From: Lepidodermella squamata
Lineage: Eukaryota; Animalia; Gastrotricha
Length of the DNA stretch: 64,000 nt
Assembly (NCBI GenBank): GCA_047495785.1
Contig: JBLDXI010000032.1
Span: 3,596,001 to 3,660,000, forward strand
Direction of reading: 5' to 3'
Program-made: the position numbers and the translations under genes
Shown: positions 49,716-61,401 of the stretch, in pieces
Layout of the letters: every line of letters starts with the position of its first letter
How positions within the stretch are numbered: position 1 is the first letter of the stretch
The notes under the pieces: generated by a model
Seen by the model: only the letters and a program-made list of their open reading frames with translations
Databases searched by the model: none
Told to the model about the DNA's origin: nothing

Positions 49716-51205
49716 TCAATCACCTTGAGCTTTGCATGAATGTTTACTGGATCCTGGACTTCCGCAATCACAGTAAAATTCACAACGATCACGAAATGAC
49801 GTGTCATGGCCTGCATGACATTTTTCGACGCAAGTGCGACACAGCCCGTGGTCAGATTTGTAAGGAAAGCAAGTGTCACAAGCGAACATATCCTGGACGA
49901 CAAACTCTGGAGTGATTCTGCGCGTGCAAATTTTAACTCTGTGACTAGCTTTGCCACAAGCACAGTAAGTGTCCAACACACTGATTTCAGGATTTTCAAC
50001 CACAACATGACCTACGTGATGAACCAATGCGCATCCTCGACAGAGCCGGAAAGAAGCGTCTTGGCCAAAGCAAGTAATACATTCGAATCTCCCAAAGTTC
50101 TCATTTTTCGCGCCAGAATTGTTCGTAGGGCACGATACCTGTTGGCTCGGTTGGCTCCAAGTTACTTTCGTCCGATTCGACAAAGCCTTATTCAGGCCTT
50201 TGGAGAGATCAGGGAATACCAAGGCGGGCTTCATTCTCGTTTGAGCGATTCTAACCGAGTTCATCTATTTTATAGCCGTCAAAATTACAAATTTAATCAA
50301 TATGAAAAACTAACGAGTTCTCGAACGCCGTCTAAGTCCGCATGCAAGGCAGCTATTTGGCCTATAGAGGCGCTGGCATCAACAATGTTAGCGCTATTGC
50401 CACACATCTTATCGTAACTGGATAGCCATGCGCTGATGTTGCTTGTGTCGATACTACACGGACGAGCTTCGGTCGATTTTTGAGTTTGTTTGACTTCCGC
50501 AATCAGTCTGTCCTTATTAAGGTCAATGAGCCGCGTGGTTGTAGTTTTGAGATTCTCAGAGGCTTGCGTAATTTTTTGTATTGTTTCAGCCACGTCATTT
50601 TCCAACTCGGCATTCAATGACTTTTGATCTTTAAGAGAGCTCGCGTAACGGCTAAATTCACGAATCTAGGAACAGGATTTGGAAGAAGCTATATTTGAGA
50701 ATTGCATGACTTACTTTTACCGATTCTTGATTTACTTCGCTCAACAGGGTATCTTTATGCTGAATCAAGCAAGTTTTGCAAAATCGTCGCTTGCAATGCT
50801 GACAAGTTCCATCAGCAGAGATCAAGGCGGCTTTGTTACATTCGGCAACTGAACATTTGACTTGCTCAACAACTTTGAGAAGCGGATAGTTGGTGGGTAA
50901 AGCTGTAGTCAAATTGCAAGTCCTCGTTACGCGCGTCAAAGTGTAAGTGAATCGTATTTACCTTCGATTCCGCCAGTGCCAATTACAGTTGGGCGGCGAC
51001 ATTCAGGGCACGATAACTGATAATACTTGAAGATGGATTTTAAACATGCCGTGCAAAACGAATGACCACATGATAGCGATTTCGGGATATTGTAAATACC
51101 AAGACAAATTGAACAATCCAGTCCCTAATCATGATGCCAGTGTAATATTCTTTGTGAAAAAGCATGCATTCATCTTACACTGGGAAGAGAACGTCCAGGT
51201 TCCAT
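49716..51205 (-). CDS. TRIM-like E3 ligase: RING + B-box-like + coiled coil + two UBR-type zinc fingers
   Basis: Exons 51205-51179, 51124-50962, 50902-50715, 50665-50315, 50264-49716. RING CSIC...CGHSFCTAC...CPECR then LPTNYPL; CQHCKRRFCKTCLIQH; heptad-rich exon 4; C-terminal QDMFACDTC...LCRTCVEKCHAGH...FYCDCG preceded by a similar unit. Confidence 0.8.
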
Positions 51206-51965
51206 TAAAAAGCAAAACTCCTGAAACAGCTAAAAGTAAAACATAAATGGTCAGTCAGCGAATAATGAATGAAATGTGAGAAAAAATAAGTGAATTAAAG
51301 TGGTAGTGAGTGGGCCCAGGTCCATCTTCCCATATATTATTCGCCCGGGATCGTCATTGTTCACAGGTATTGCGTGCAATCTCCGCCGAATCGTCACCGT
51401 GTCTTCAATGAAGGATATAGGAACGGTTGGCGCGGATGCCACATGCAAGTTAGGCACTCTCCAACTTGCGGCTTGTTGCCGTGCTTAGGTCACAAATCAC
51501 TAGGGAAGCCGTGTGACGGGCCGCGAAATCCATGATGCACAAAAAAGCGCCAAAATGGAAAAGAAAACTTCCATGTCCTCACTGTGGGCTGTGGGTACCA
51601 GGAGAAAGGGGGCATGGCAGTCCATTTCAAAAGGGAGAGGTAGCGAAGACCCCCAGTGCACTCCCAGCCACCCTACCATCTCCGCCACAGAGGCCGTCGC
51701 GTTCGTTGATGCCAAGGCACACACACGTGTTTTGACTTGACAACGGTTGAAATTGGCGGCAGAAAAAAGTCAAGGCCACAACTACTTTTATAGTTTTTAT
51801 GATGTTAAAATAGTAAAATAAAAAGTAAACTCATTTATTTTATTATTTTCATTATGTTAATTAGCCGAATGCCATGGAGCCAGCCGATTTGAAGTGCCGA
51901 GTTTTGCTTTTTAATGGAACCTGGACGTTCTCTTCCCAGTGTAAGATGAATGCATGCTTTTTCAC
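51154..51965. repeat. 67-bp perfect inverted duplication (51154-51220 vs 51899-51965) of the first coding exon region of the RING/UBR gene
   Basis: GAGTTTTGCTTTTTAATGGAACCTGGACGTTCTCTTCCCAGTGTAAGATGAATGCATGCTTTTTCAC is present on opposite strands at the two positions. Confidence 0.92.
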
Positions 51966-52883
51966 CCGTTGTAGTGGGGCGTCTTCGTTCGTTCTGTCCG
52001 TCCGTTCAGCCTGCGTTCCATTCACGAGAGACGGCATGACTGAACGCAGTAACCACGTGGAGTTCCCCGTCAACTGTCAAAGGCCGCAGGCCGACAGTGG
52101 TAATTACCTGGAACTTAAGTGTTCGAATATTGTCTGTTGTAATTTATAGTCCAAACCAGCCGTACCGCTTATCACGGCACATTGGCAAGTCCCAAAATAC
52201 AACTGTAAAGTGTCGGAAACGTTAAGTTGGCAACAACCCAACAAGCTAGCAGCCCATTCATCTCTCCAGCAAACTGTTCACTGCGGTCGAAATGAAACTT
52301 ATGTTCTCGCTATCCTGCACTTGCCATAGACCTTGACGAAGCTGAAGCATTCCTCTAGAGACCCGTGTGATTTGACGCTCGTTGTTTCTCCTTGGAACCA
52401 TCAGGTGGATCGCCGAAGAGAAAATCTGATACTGATACTGATACTGTTTTATTTTGCAATTTGTCTTTCAACATTTAGCAATTAGGAATTAACAATACGT
52501 TAAGTTATGGCGCCTCACCACAGAAATTGTGAATTTTCCCAAGTCAGTAATACATTTACATAAGATTACATAAGATACAATAAGAGATGAATGGGCTGCT
52601 AGCTTGTTGGGTTGTTGCCAACTTAACGTTTCCGACACTTTACAGTTGTATTTTGGGACTTGCCAATGTGCCGTGATAAGCGGTACGGCTGGTTTGGACT
52701 ATAAATTACAACAGACAATATTCGAACACTTAAGTTCCAGGTAATTACCACTGTCGGCCTGCGGCCTTTGACAGTTGACGGGGAACTCCACGTGGTTACT
52801 GCGTTCAGTCATGCCGTCTCTCGTGAATGGAACGCAGGCTGAACGGACGGACAGAACGAACGAAGACGCCCCACTACAACGGG
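51965..52883. mobile_element. Non-autonomous DNA transposon / foldback-type element with 301-bp terminal inverted repeats
   Basis: 51965-52265 is the reverse complement of 52583-52883 with no mismatch seen by eye; ends CCCGTTGTAGTGGGGC...GCCCCACTACAACGGG; TA follows the right end; no transposase ORF in the 317-bp interior. Confidence 0.85.
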
Positions 52884-54540
52884 TAGTTCCGCGTCATTAA
52901 TCTACTGTCTCGCTTTCTTTGCAAATCCTCAAAATTATGCTTTAATTAACAGGGGGATCTCGAAACAAGCGATACACTATCGTCGAGTAATTAGCGCCTT
53001 AAACTTTGTCAACACACCTCATAATAAATTTGATACTTATCAAATATCGTAGAAATCATCCACTCACTGGCAATTTATTGATTCCTTGAATTTTATGGAC
53101 CGAGACGTATTTGCCGTTAGCAAGTGTACACATTGTTGCCTGACCTATCAATGGTCATCGAAACTTGTTTGTAGATAGTGGGTATTACCTACTAGCGTTC
53201 AACTCGGCCGATTGTTTGGGCTATGAGGTGAATGCGGTTATCTTTTCGGGATTCGTGGCTCGTGATTGAGGTATCTTTTTAATCAAGCTCACTTTAATAA
53301 GTTGTTTCAGTGTTTCAATAGTTTACTGCCGAAACTTCCAATTTTAAACTCCAAGAGTATCAAGAACATCTTTGTTTAATATCCCAATCGCCCCAGTCAT
53401 TTCTTGAGTCATCTAATCGATTTACAAGTCTGTGTGACATAAATTGTCACAAATTGAGGCGAAAGACTGAGATGTTCATATAGCTTGAGCTGAATCGCTA
53501 AATTGCTATAATGCTTGCCTCGGAAAGTCCGACGAAATACCGAGAACTGACCGAGAAATGTTCATAAGAGACTCTTAACGGTAATCCGAGGAATTTGGTA
53601 ATGCGAGAGTGAACGAAAAGCTGCCGCCTATTTTAACCCAGAGGCTTTAGACATGGGCATCCGTGTAGTAATTATTTCAATAAAACCCAATAAAAATAAT
53701 GAGGATTGAGGGCACACTAGACAATAAAATCTAATTTGGTCTATGTTTTCGAGGTACAATCTTTCAGTGTGAACAATCAGTCATCAAAACAAGTGTAATT
53801 TAAAATCATCAAACTAACGCGCATGATTCATCAGTGAGGCGAGAAAGCACCAGTATGCAAGATATGCCTTGAGCATGAGTTCACAGCCTTTTAATGCCAT
53901 TCTTTCGCAGTTATTTCAATTTCTTTTGAATATTTCACACCTTGATTTCAGATTGCGGCTCCTCGTCATCCTGACAAATCAGGCTTGCTTAGGTCACGAT
54001 TCATATTATATGCAACATGGACACGTATTGGTTCTGATCTCAGCTGAATCCCACAAATTCATAGCTTATAGGACCCGCATATAACTTCCCCTTGGCTATT
54101 CCCTCTCATCGGACACATATACCTTAAAGTCAAACTCCTAATAATGCGCTGTCTGCTCATACGATATCTTGGCTTGAAACGCGCCATCTACTCATGGGCA
54201 AACAACGGGTGGCTCGTCACGGTGCACTCTGTTTTTTGCTCTCTCGAACCTCATCGGCGTAACACAGCAATACCTCAGAGTTGAATAATAACGCACCTGT
54301 CATCTTTGGCCAACCAGTAGTTTTTATTATTAAGCATTTGATGCCAATGCTTTATTCATATAAATGTATTATTCATATATTAAACGCTTTTGTAACACGA
54401 ACTAAAGCTGCTGGTTAACTTTGTCACATTCGCGCGTAAAAAAATTACGTGCTGCATTCACTCTCACCTTTCCATGCTGGCCATAGATATATTGTTATAC
54501 TGCATACCCAAAAAACGCTTCTTGCTACTATCTTGAATTG

Positions 54541-56386
54541 ATGTTTCAAATCGCTGGAGGTAAATTTGACTGGCTTAAATGCTGAAATTAGCGTGACTTT
54601 GGTTATAACGATCACTTTGTCCAACTTGTTCTAGCGCTTATTGGCAAATATAAAAAGCGACAAGAGAGGAAACGCCAGGAAAAAGAAGCCGAGGAACTTG
54701 AAGAACAGCAATACGAAGAATATCAGCGACAGCAGTTTGAGCAGCGTCGGTTTAAACAACAGCAGCAGCTCCAACAAGAGCAATTCGGTGACGATTTCAT
54801 TGAGGAAGTCCCAGGTCCATCGCGCCAAGCACCGCCCCCAAATTACAACGCGCGGCCACTACCGCCTAATCCGCCAGTTCGAAAAGCGGCTCCGAAGTAT
54901 TTTTATCAAGAACCAGGTGAATCTCAACCGGTTGGAGTAATGGAAGTCGTCCCAATGCAGCCCCGATACGGGCAAATGCAAATGATGCCTGCTGGCAACT
55001 ACCCGCCTCCTCCAGCTTCGTTTATGAATCAGGGCCGGCCTGCTGGCGGGGGTTACTACCAACAACCCGTTTATCAAGTAGGTATGGACAGCTACGACTC
55101 ACCCCCACCACCACCCAGAAGAAAGCGTCAAAAGCGCAAACGCACTGGAATGGAGGAGTTTCGAACGATTTTGGCGATGATCGCTTTTTGTGTCAGCATA
55201 ATATTGAAAGGCGTCGCATATTCTAGCGCATACTGGTCGACGTCCGATCGAAGAGATGTATACAAGTCATTGGAAAAATTCCCGTTGATGACCCGATTTC
55301 TCGACCGAACAAATGGCAACTACGTCAGCGATTGCGATGATCAAAAATGCAAAATTTTCTTCGCGAATTACAATGCTCAACGCACCGTCAATGAACTATT
55401 GGTAAAAAGTTCCCATTCATTTTTCGCACATTTTTGTAAAATTTGCATATTTTGTAGGGAAAACCTCCACCTCCGTTGTTTGGAACGTATAATCGAGGTG
55501 CGAATGTGCGCTGCGAGCAGATAGAGACTAGTGCCACAACAGATTCTGGCGCAGTTGTTAGCGGCTACTCATCTGGTACTGCGAAGTATGAGAAATGCGC
55601 TGTCGACAAAGAATCGGAAATTAATGGTTTGGAAATTACAATTATCTTAAGTATTGATTCTAACTAAGGCTATTCGTTCTAGATTTTAAAACTGTTCGCG
55701 TGTTGATGGTAGTATCAATGGTAGCTGATGGCGCATCTATTCTAGCGTGGATTGTTACGTTTATCAAAGATGGTTCTCAGATCATCGGTCGAGCAGCGCT
55801 AGCCGTAGCCGCTCTTTTTGGCCTCATTTCGACGCTGTTAGCCTCACTGTCCCTCGGATTGTTCGCGCAGGCTGTCGATATCTTCAACGAAAGTGGTCTC
55901 ACTCTCGGTTGGCCGTTCTACATTGTCTTAGTGGCGGCTGTCCTAGCCTTTACTTCGACCATGCTGGCTGCTTACACGCTGTACGAGGGTCGAGCTCGTG
56001 AGAAGCGCGAGGAGAGGGAACGAGCCGATCGGGCAGCGGAACTAAATGAGTTCGAGCAGAATCGCGCTGCGTTTGAGGAATTTCAGCGCCAAAATCGCAT
56101 GATGCAAATGCGCCAACAGCAACAGGCCATCGCGCCACCACCGAAAGCCGGGCAGCAAAGCGAGGATGAAGAGGTAGACGTGAGTCAGCAGCGCGAGGAG
56201 CCGCAAAAGGATGCCAAAATGAAGGGGAAACCGACGCCGTTCGATTCGGAAGGATCAACGCGCGGTGGCTATCGAAGCCGTGATCCTAGCCCTGATCGTG
56301 ATCGAGATCATGCCGGTGGTAGTAATTTCAAACGAGGTGATCCCGGACTCAAGTCAGGAGGCCGTGGACCTTTCCAAGCCATGTGA
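54541..56386 (+). CDS. Four-TM claudin/PMP22-like membrane protein, paralogue B
   Basis: Exons 54541-54559, 54635-55401, 55458-55626, 55683-56386; shares KGVAY, EKFPxMT, CxDxKCxIFF, AKYEKCxVDK, SMVADG, LGLFxQAVDI and TLGWPFY with paralogue A. Confidence 0.8.
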
Positions 56387-57759
56387 AATCTATCGCATCA
56401 TAGTATTTTGCAATTGATTATACGTTTTTGTTTTGCTTTTTCACGATCGGATCGAAAATCGCGCTTTGTTTCAGTGACGCCAAAAAGTCAAAAGTATATA
56501 AATACATTATTTTCGCTTCTTACACTGTACAAATAAAGTTGTCTGCAAGAAATAATTCAATGGTTTCTACGTTATGAAATTTCGACGATGAAAATTTAAA
56601 AAATTATCGAGTTTTTTTTACGAAATCAAAAATATTTTTTCACATTTTCAGTCCAATATTCTTTCGTAGATATTTTCTGTCCCTCGCTATGCCATACTTG
56701 AGCAGCATTTGACCGCTAATAAAAGACTGAGGAGTGCAGGGATGAGATATACTATGTACTCTGAAACAAGATCATAATCGATGATCCTTTAGCTATACGC
56801 CGCACATCGTAATGAGAGACAGGGATACGGATCTTCGCATTGGCTCATCGTCATATTTTCGCGCTTTGCGCTGTAAATAAATTTATAGCGCGTGTATATT
56901 TATAGTCTAGGTTTTTTCTCATTGATTATCTGACTTTCCTCTATTCGTATTGTGCGTCTGTACTGTAGTGCAGTTTAGTATGCGCAGGATATAGTAGTAA
57001 AATATGCTGTCGAATTCCGCGCAAACAAAAATCTTTCAATTCAGAGCAATCACGATCGGCGATCTGAGCAACGCATTTCTTTTGTTTGTGATATTTTTCT
57101 ATATATTCGCAGCTTATGCAAGACCAATAAATTCTTATAATATTATAATATCGATACTTGTTATCTGGGTTTACGGTTTTTTTCATATTACAGCAACCAC
57201 GAGAGCAGCCTTGTATACCTTGTGCTCATAATAATGTTTCAAAATTATTCTAGACTAGATGAGCACTTCTCGTCCTTATTAGACTTTGCTACTGACCTTT
57301 TACGTGGTTGTTTCGATCAAAATTTCGAAAACAATTAAGTTGAACTACGGCCAGCAAGTTTTTACTCTTATCACAACCCAAAAGCAACCGTCAATATTTG
57401 CAGCCTGCAGTTTATGAAAGCTGAAAGCTTATTACTGGAATTATTAAGCTTCACACATTTTTTATGGTACATACACAGCCCTAAGCAAGAATCTGAGATA
57501 GCCATCGCGAGTTCATGTTTTAGCAGTTGCATAAGGGCATCTAAGGCGCATGTCTATAAAGCGATCGTCGTCATTTTCTTCGTGCATGCCTCATTTCATG
57601 TTTTAGCCCTCTGTATTAAACAATACAGTCAGATTCTTTATTTTTGGCTGTAATATTCAGATATTTTTAGGTTTTCCACGGTATTATATAGCTAATAAGC
57701 TTGCTACGAGCATATGCCAGTTTAATCGCGATCAAAGGTGCTGAGGTCAATGAGCAAAA

Positions 57760-60261
57760 ATGAAATTTGGCGAATTGCTGAATTCTCAGCTGCAAACAGA
57801 ATGGAAGTCTCAGTATTTTCAATATGGGGTATGCATTTTTTCTCCAACGTATAAGATTGTTTTATCAGTCGAGTCGACGATGCCATTTTAGGTTGCCAAA
57901 GAGATGCTCTATCATTACAAGGAAAATGCCCCGGCACAAGATGGTAAGTTTCTGACCTTTTTCCTACGGATTTTTTCAAACAGTTTTTTATAGAAGAGCA
58001 TCCTGGTGACTTTGCTATAGCCTTCTGTCATTTTGAAGGCATATTTTTCGAATTTCTAACTCGGGAGCTGACCAAAATCAATACGTTTTTCTTAGGTTTG
58101 GCTCTTAACCGATGTTCCATTAGCAATATTCAAGAAAATACGTTCTATTTTAGAAAAGTTGAATGAAAGTACAAGGAAACTGGCGAGCCTTAAAACCGAG
58201 CTAGATGATTTCATCAAACACGAGCGCGAGATGAAAAGATCTGGCCGCAAGCATGACTTCGTTAGAAGAGTAAGCTAGATCAATCTGACGCTTTTATCCA
58301 CATTAATGAACTCGCCCAAAATAGATGCTGACCAAATCCAAGGATAGCCACGATTTCAAAGTTGCCTTCAGCGAATTTTATTACACCATAGTTCTGCTGC
58401 AAAATTATCAGCAACTCAATCTTACTGCTTTCCGGAAAATTCTCAAGAAACACGACAAAGTCAGCTTGACGTTACCCCAAGTGAATGAGGTTATAATTAA
58501 GGTTTTATTCCCAGATTTTGATGACCACTGATGGGCAGAAGTGGCACGAGCGAAATGTATTATCCGCTGAATTTGCCACAACGAAAGCTGGTGAAGAATT
58601 AGCAACTGACGTAGAACGTTTGGTATCGGAACGCCTGGAAAACGGCGACCACAAGCGGGCAATGAAAATGCTGAGAGTTGCCCCGGTAAGCCAGCGACCC
58701 TACACACCTTGGTCGATTTTTCGTATTGGGCTTCTAAGCGGCTACATTTTCCTGCTTGTTGTCGTCATCTTGCTTCTCCTGCCTTGGTTCAATTGTAAAG
58801 CAGGAGTTCGGGGGTGTTGGCGACGACTAAACAGCCCTCAAAATTCGACAGGCGATCTCCTAGCTGCAGATAATGAAACGTTCTGGCTGGTCACAATTCG
58901 GTTGTACCGAGGTGTTTTTCTAGTCGCCACGCTGGTCATTTTATTCGGCGTCAATGTTCAGGGCTGGCGAAAAGCAGGAATAAACCACATTGTTCTCTTC
59001 GAGTTGGATATTCGTGATGCTGCATCGTCGTTATCGCTGATCGAATTCGGCCTTGTCATCATAGCAGCTTCGGCAAGCTCTCTCCTGCTATGGCTCATGC
59101 AATTTTTCATTGGCTTTGTGCTGAATTTATCTTTTGTTGCGATTCGGTCAATTTCCTTGTCATATTTGGCTCTTCTTGTCATTGTCATTATCAACCCGGT
59201 GCCTATTCTCATGTACAAAACACGATTTTGGTTGCTAAGAACCTTGGTAAATCGACTGCATTTTTTTGTAAAAGTGTTCTCATTTTTGAATTGCCATATA
59301 GATTCGAGTTATAACTGCCCCATTTCACGCTATTCGGTTGCCAGAGTATTTTCTTGCCGAGCAATTGGTCTCTCTGGCGTTGATAAATCAGGACTTCGCT
59401 TTTATTACGTGCAGCAGTGTCGTTGGATTCGAGCCCACTGAAACTCAAAGCATATGTAATCGCCAACTTTCGGCACTATACGCCGTGCTAACGTGTTTGC
59501 CGTTTATTTTTCGCTTTGCTCAATGTCTGCGGTCTTTCTATGAACTGAGCGCCAATCATCGACGGTTGCTGCATCCACATTTGATCAATGCGCTGAAATA
59601 TTTAGTCGCATTCTCTCTCCTTATTTTTCAAGGCGCGATAATATACTGGAACGGAGCGCCTTCTTCAGGCGAAACGGTCACTAAAACAGATCTCAATGTC
59701 ACTACTCCAACGGTTGTTGAAAGCACAGGAGATGTTGGTGATCGAGTTAACCCTTTTCATGTAGCTTCTATCGTTCTTGCATTCGTCACTGTGTTCTACT
59801 GGTTTTTATGGGACGTGAAAATGGACTGGAAGCTGTTGACCCGGCATGAAATGGCAAATCGTTTTCTCAGAGAGCAACTTGCATATCGCCAGGCATGGTA
59901 TTACTATACTTGCATTGCGGTCAACTTCATCCTACTGGCTAGTTACTGGGCTGTTTTCGTCATCGATCCTCGAGTAAGTGGTCAGAAAGCGCACACCTAT
60001 ACTTCTGAACTGGCCGTAACACTACTGATTTTCGTTGAAATATTGCGCCGTTTTCTATGGAACTTCTTCCGACTAGAAAATGAACATATATACCATCCCG
60101 TGAAATTGATGATACATACAACTCATTCAGTAGCACATCACTACTCAATGAAGCCGCTTCTAAACGATGAGTTCGAAGACGTAGATAGAATGATGCTACT
60201 GCCGGACGGTGTTAACGAAATTCGTCGAGAAAAAGCCAGTCGGAACAATTTAGTCTATTGA
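57760..60261 (+). CDS. XPR1: SPX-EXS phosphate exporter, XPR1/SYG1 family (divergent)
   Basis: Exons 57760-57828, 57892-57943, 57994-58095, 58154-58269, 58325-58459, 58515-59246, 59302-60261. MKFG...[65 protein letters not shown]. Confidence 0.92.
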
Positions 60262-60331
60262 AAGTCAGTTTTATTTGTTTCACTCATCTCAAGTTGCATA
60301 GATTTTCATAAAAAGTACAAATAAACTAAGG

Positions 60332-60880
60332 TCATACTTTGACTGCTTTGTTGGCATTTACTTTTGATTTACCATCGAAAATAGATATAGATTTTTTTAT
60401 CCGCGATAGGACAACTGCATTGGTCCCGGAGCAAGACTTCACAGAATACGGGCTCGTTATTGTAACAACATCGGCTACTTTAATATTTTCGCCGTCAATC
60501 TCTACAGGAAAGCGATTGTCGTTCAACCATTTGCGTAGATTTTCCCTCCGTTCAAGCAGTTGATCAGGGTCCAATATTGACGCTGAGCAGTTCATCAACA
60601 GGTCATTAGGATTAAGACTGCTAAGGTAAGAGTCAATTTTTTCATCCAGGATATCAAAGGGAGCTATATCAGCAACATTCAAACCAGGCAAGACAGTGAT
60701 TTTCACGCCAGTCGAGTCGCCAGAGGCTGGGACGAACAGCACCACGGTGTGTGAAAGGGGATCAACAGTGTACAAACGGCCAAATACAGAAGACCCATCA
60801 ATCAGCTTGACTTGAACAGAATTTTCCAAAAGTGAATGCCATTCAATCAATTTTTTCTGATAAGAATTAGACCATGACAT
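60332..60880 (-). CDS. GEMIN6: Gem-associated protein 6 (Sm-like + AD domain)
   Basis: GRLYTVDPLSHTVVL Sm-like fold; RRENLRKWLNDNRFPV...ITSPY...CSGTNAVVLSRI. Confidence 0.85.
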   Translation of the reverse strand: MSWSNSYQKKLIEWHSLLENSVQVKLIDGSSVFGRLYTVDPLSHTVVLFVPASGDSTGVKITVLPGLNVADIAPFDILDEKIDSYLSSLNPNDLLMNCSASILDPDQLLERRENLRKWLNDNRFPVEIDGENIKVADVVTITSPYSVKSCSGTNAVVLSRIKKSISIFDGKSKVNANKAVKV

Positions 60881-60978
60881 ATTTTATGCAGCCTAAAAAC
60901 AAATATCGCAAGGTTAATGAACCACGTTTAGTTCAATACAACTGGTAGAGGTTGATCTAATATTTCCTAAAGCAAATG

Positions 60979-61401
60979 TTATTTTTCACTGGATGGAGCT
61001 GCATGGGGAGACTTGATTCCAGCTTTTGCAAGACGTTCGATCAGTTCGCCAGACTTATGCATTTGGATTAAAATATCGCAGCCCCCAATAAATTCTTGCT
61101 CCACGAAAATTTGAGGAATTGTCGGCCAATTCGAATATTCTTTGATGCCATTCCTCAGGCGATCATCAGCCAAGACATTGTGGTCTTTGAAGGGTACTTT
61201 GTGAAAGTTGAGTACTTGAACAACAGCATTACTAAAGCCGCATTGAGGTTGTTTGGCAGTTCCTTTCATGAAAACGACAACTTTATCGGCCTTGACCAGG
61301 CTATCTATGTGCGCTTTTGATCCAATTTCAGGAGCTGCATTGGCCAAATTTCGGCAAGCAAGTCGCAAAGCAGAACCCGTATTCCTCAACAACAAAGTCA
61401 T
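60979..61401 (-). CDS. GLRX5: Mitochondrial monothiol glutaredoxin 5
   Basis: ATG at 61401, basic targeting peptide, [12 protein letters not shown] active site, [19 protein letters not shown]. Confidence 0.95.
   Translation of the reverse strand: MTLLLRNTGSALRLACRNLANAAPEIGSKAHIDSLVKADKVVVFMKGTAKQPQCGFSNAVVQVLNFHKVPFKDHNVLADDRLRNGIKEYSNWPTIPQIFVEQEFIGGCDILIQMHKSGELIERLAKAGIKSPHAAPSSEK

Noticed and set aside
49806-50417. 203-aa plus-strand ORF, and similar antisense ORFs over myosin, Sec31, cathepsin D, PRIM1 and ZMIZ
   Set aside because: Shadows of real genes on the opposite strand or in alternate frames, without recognisable motifs.
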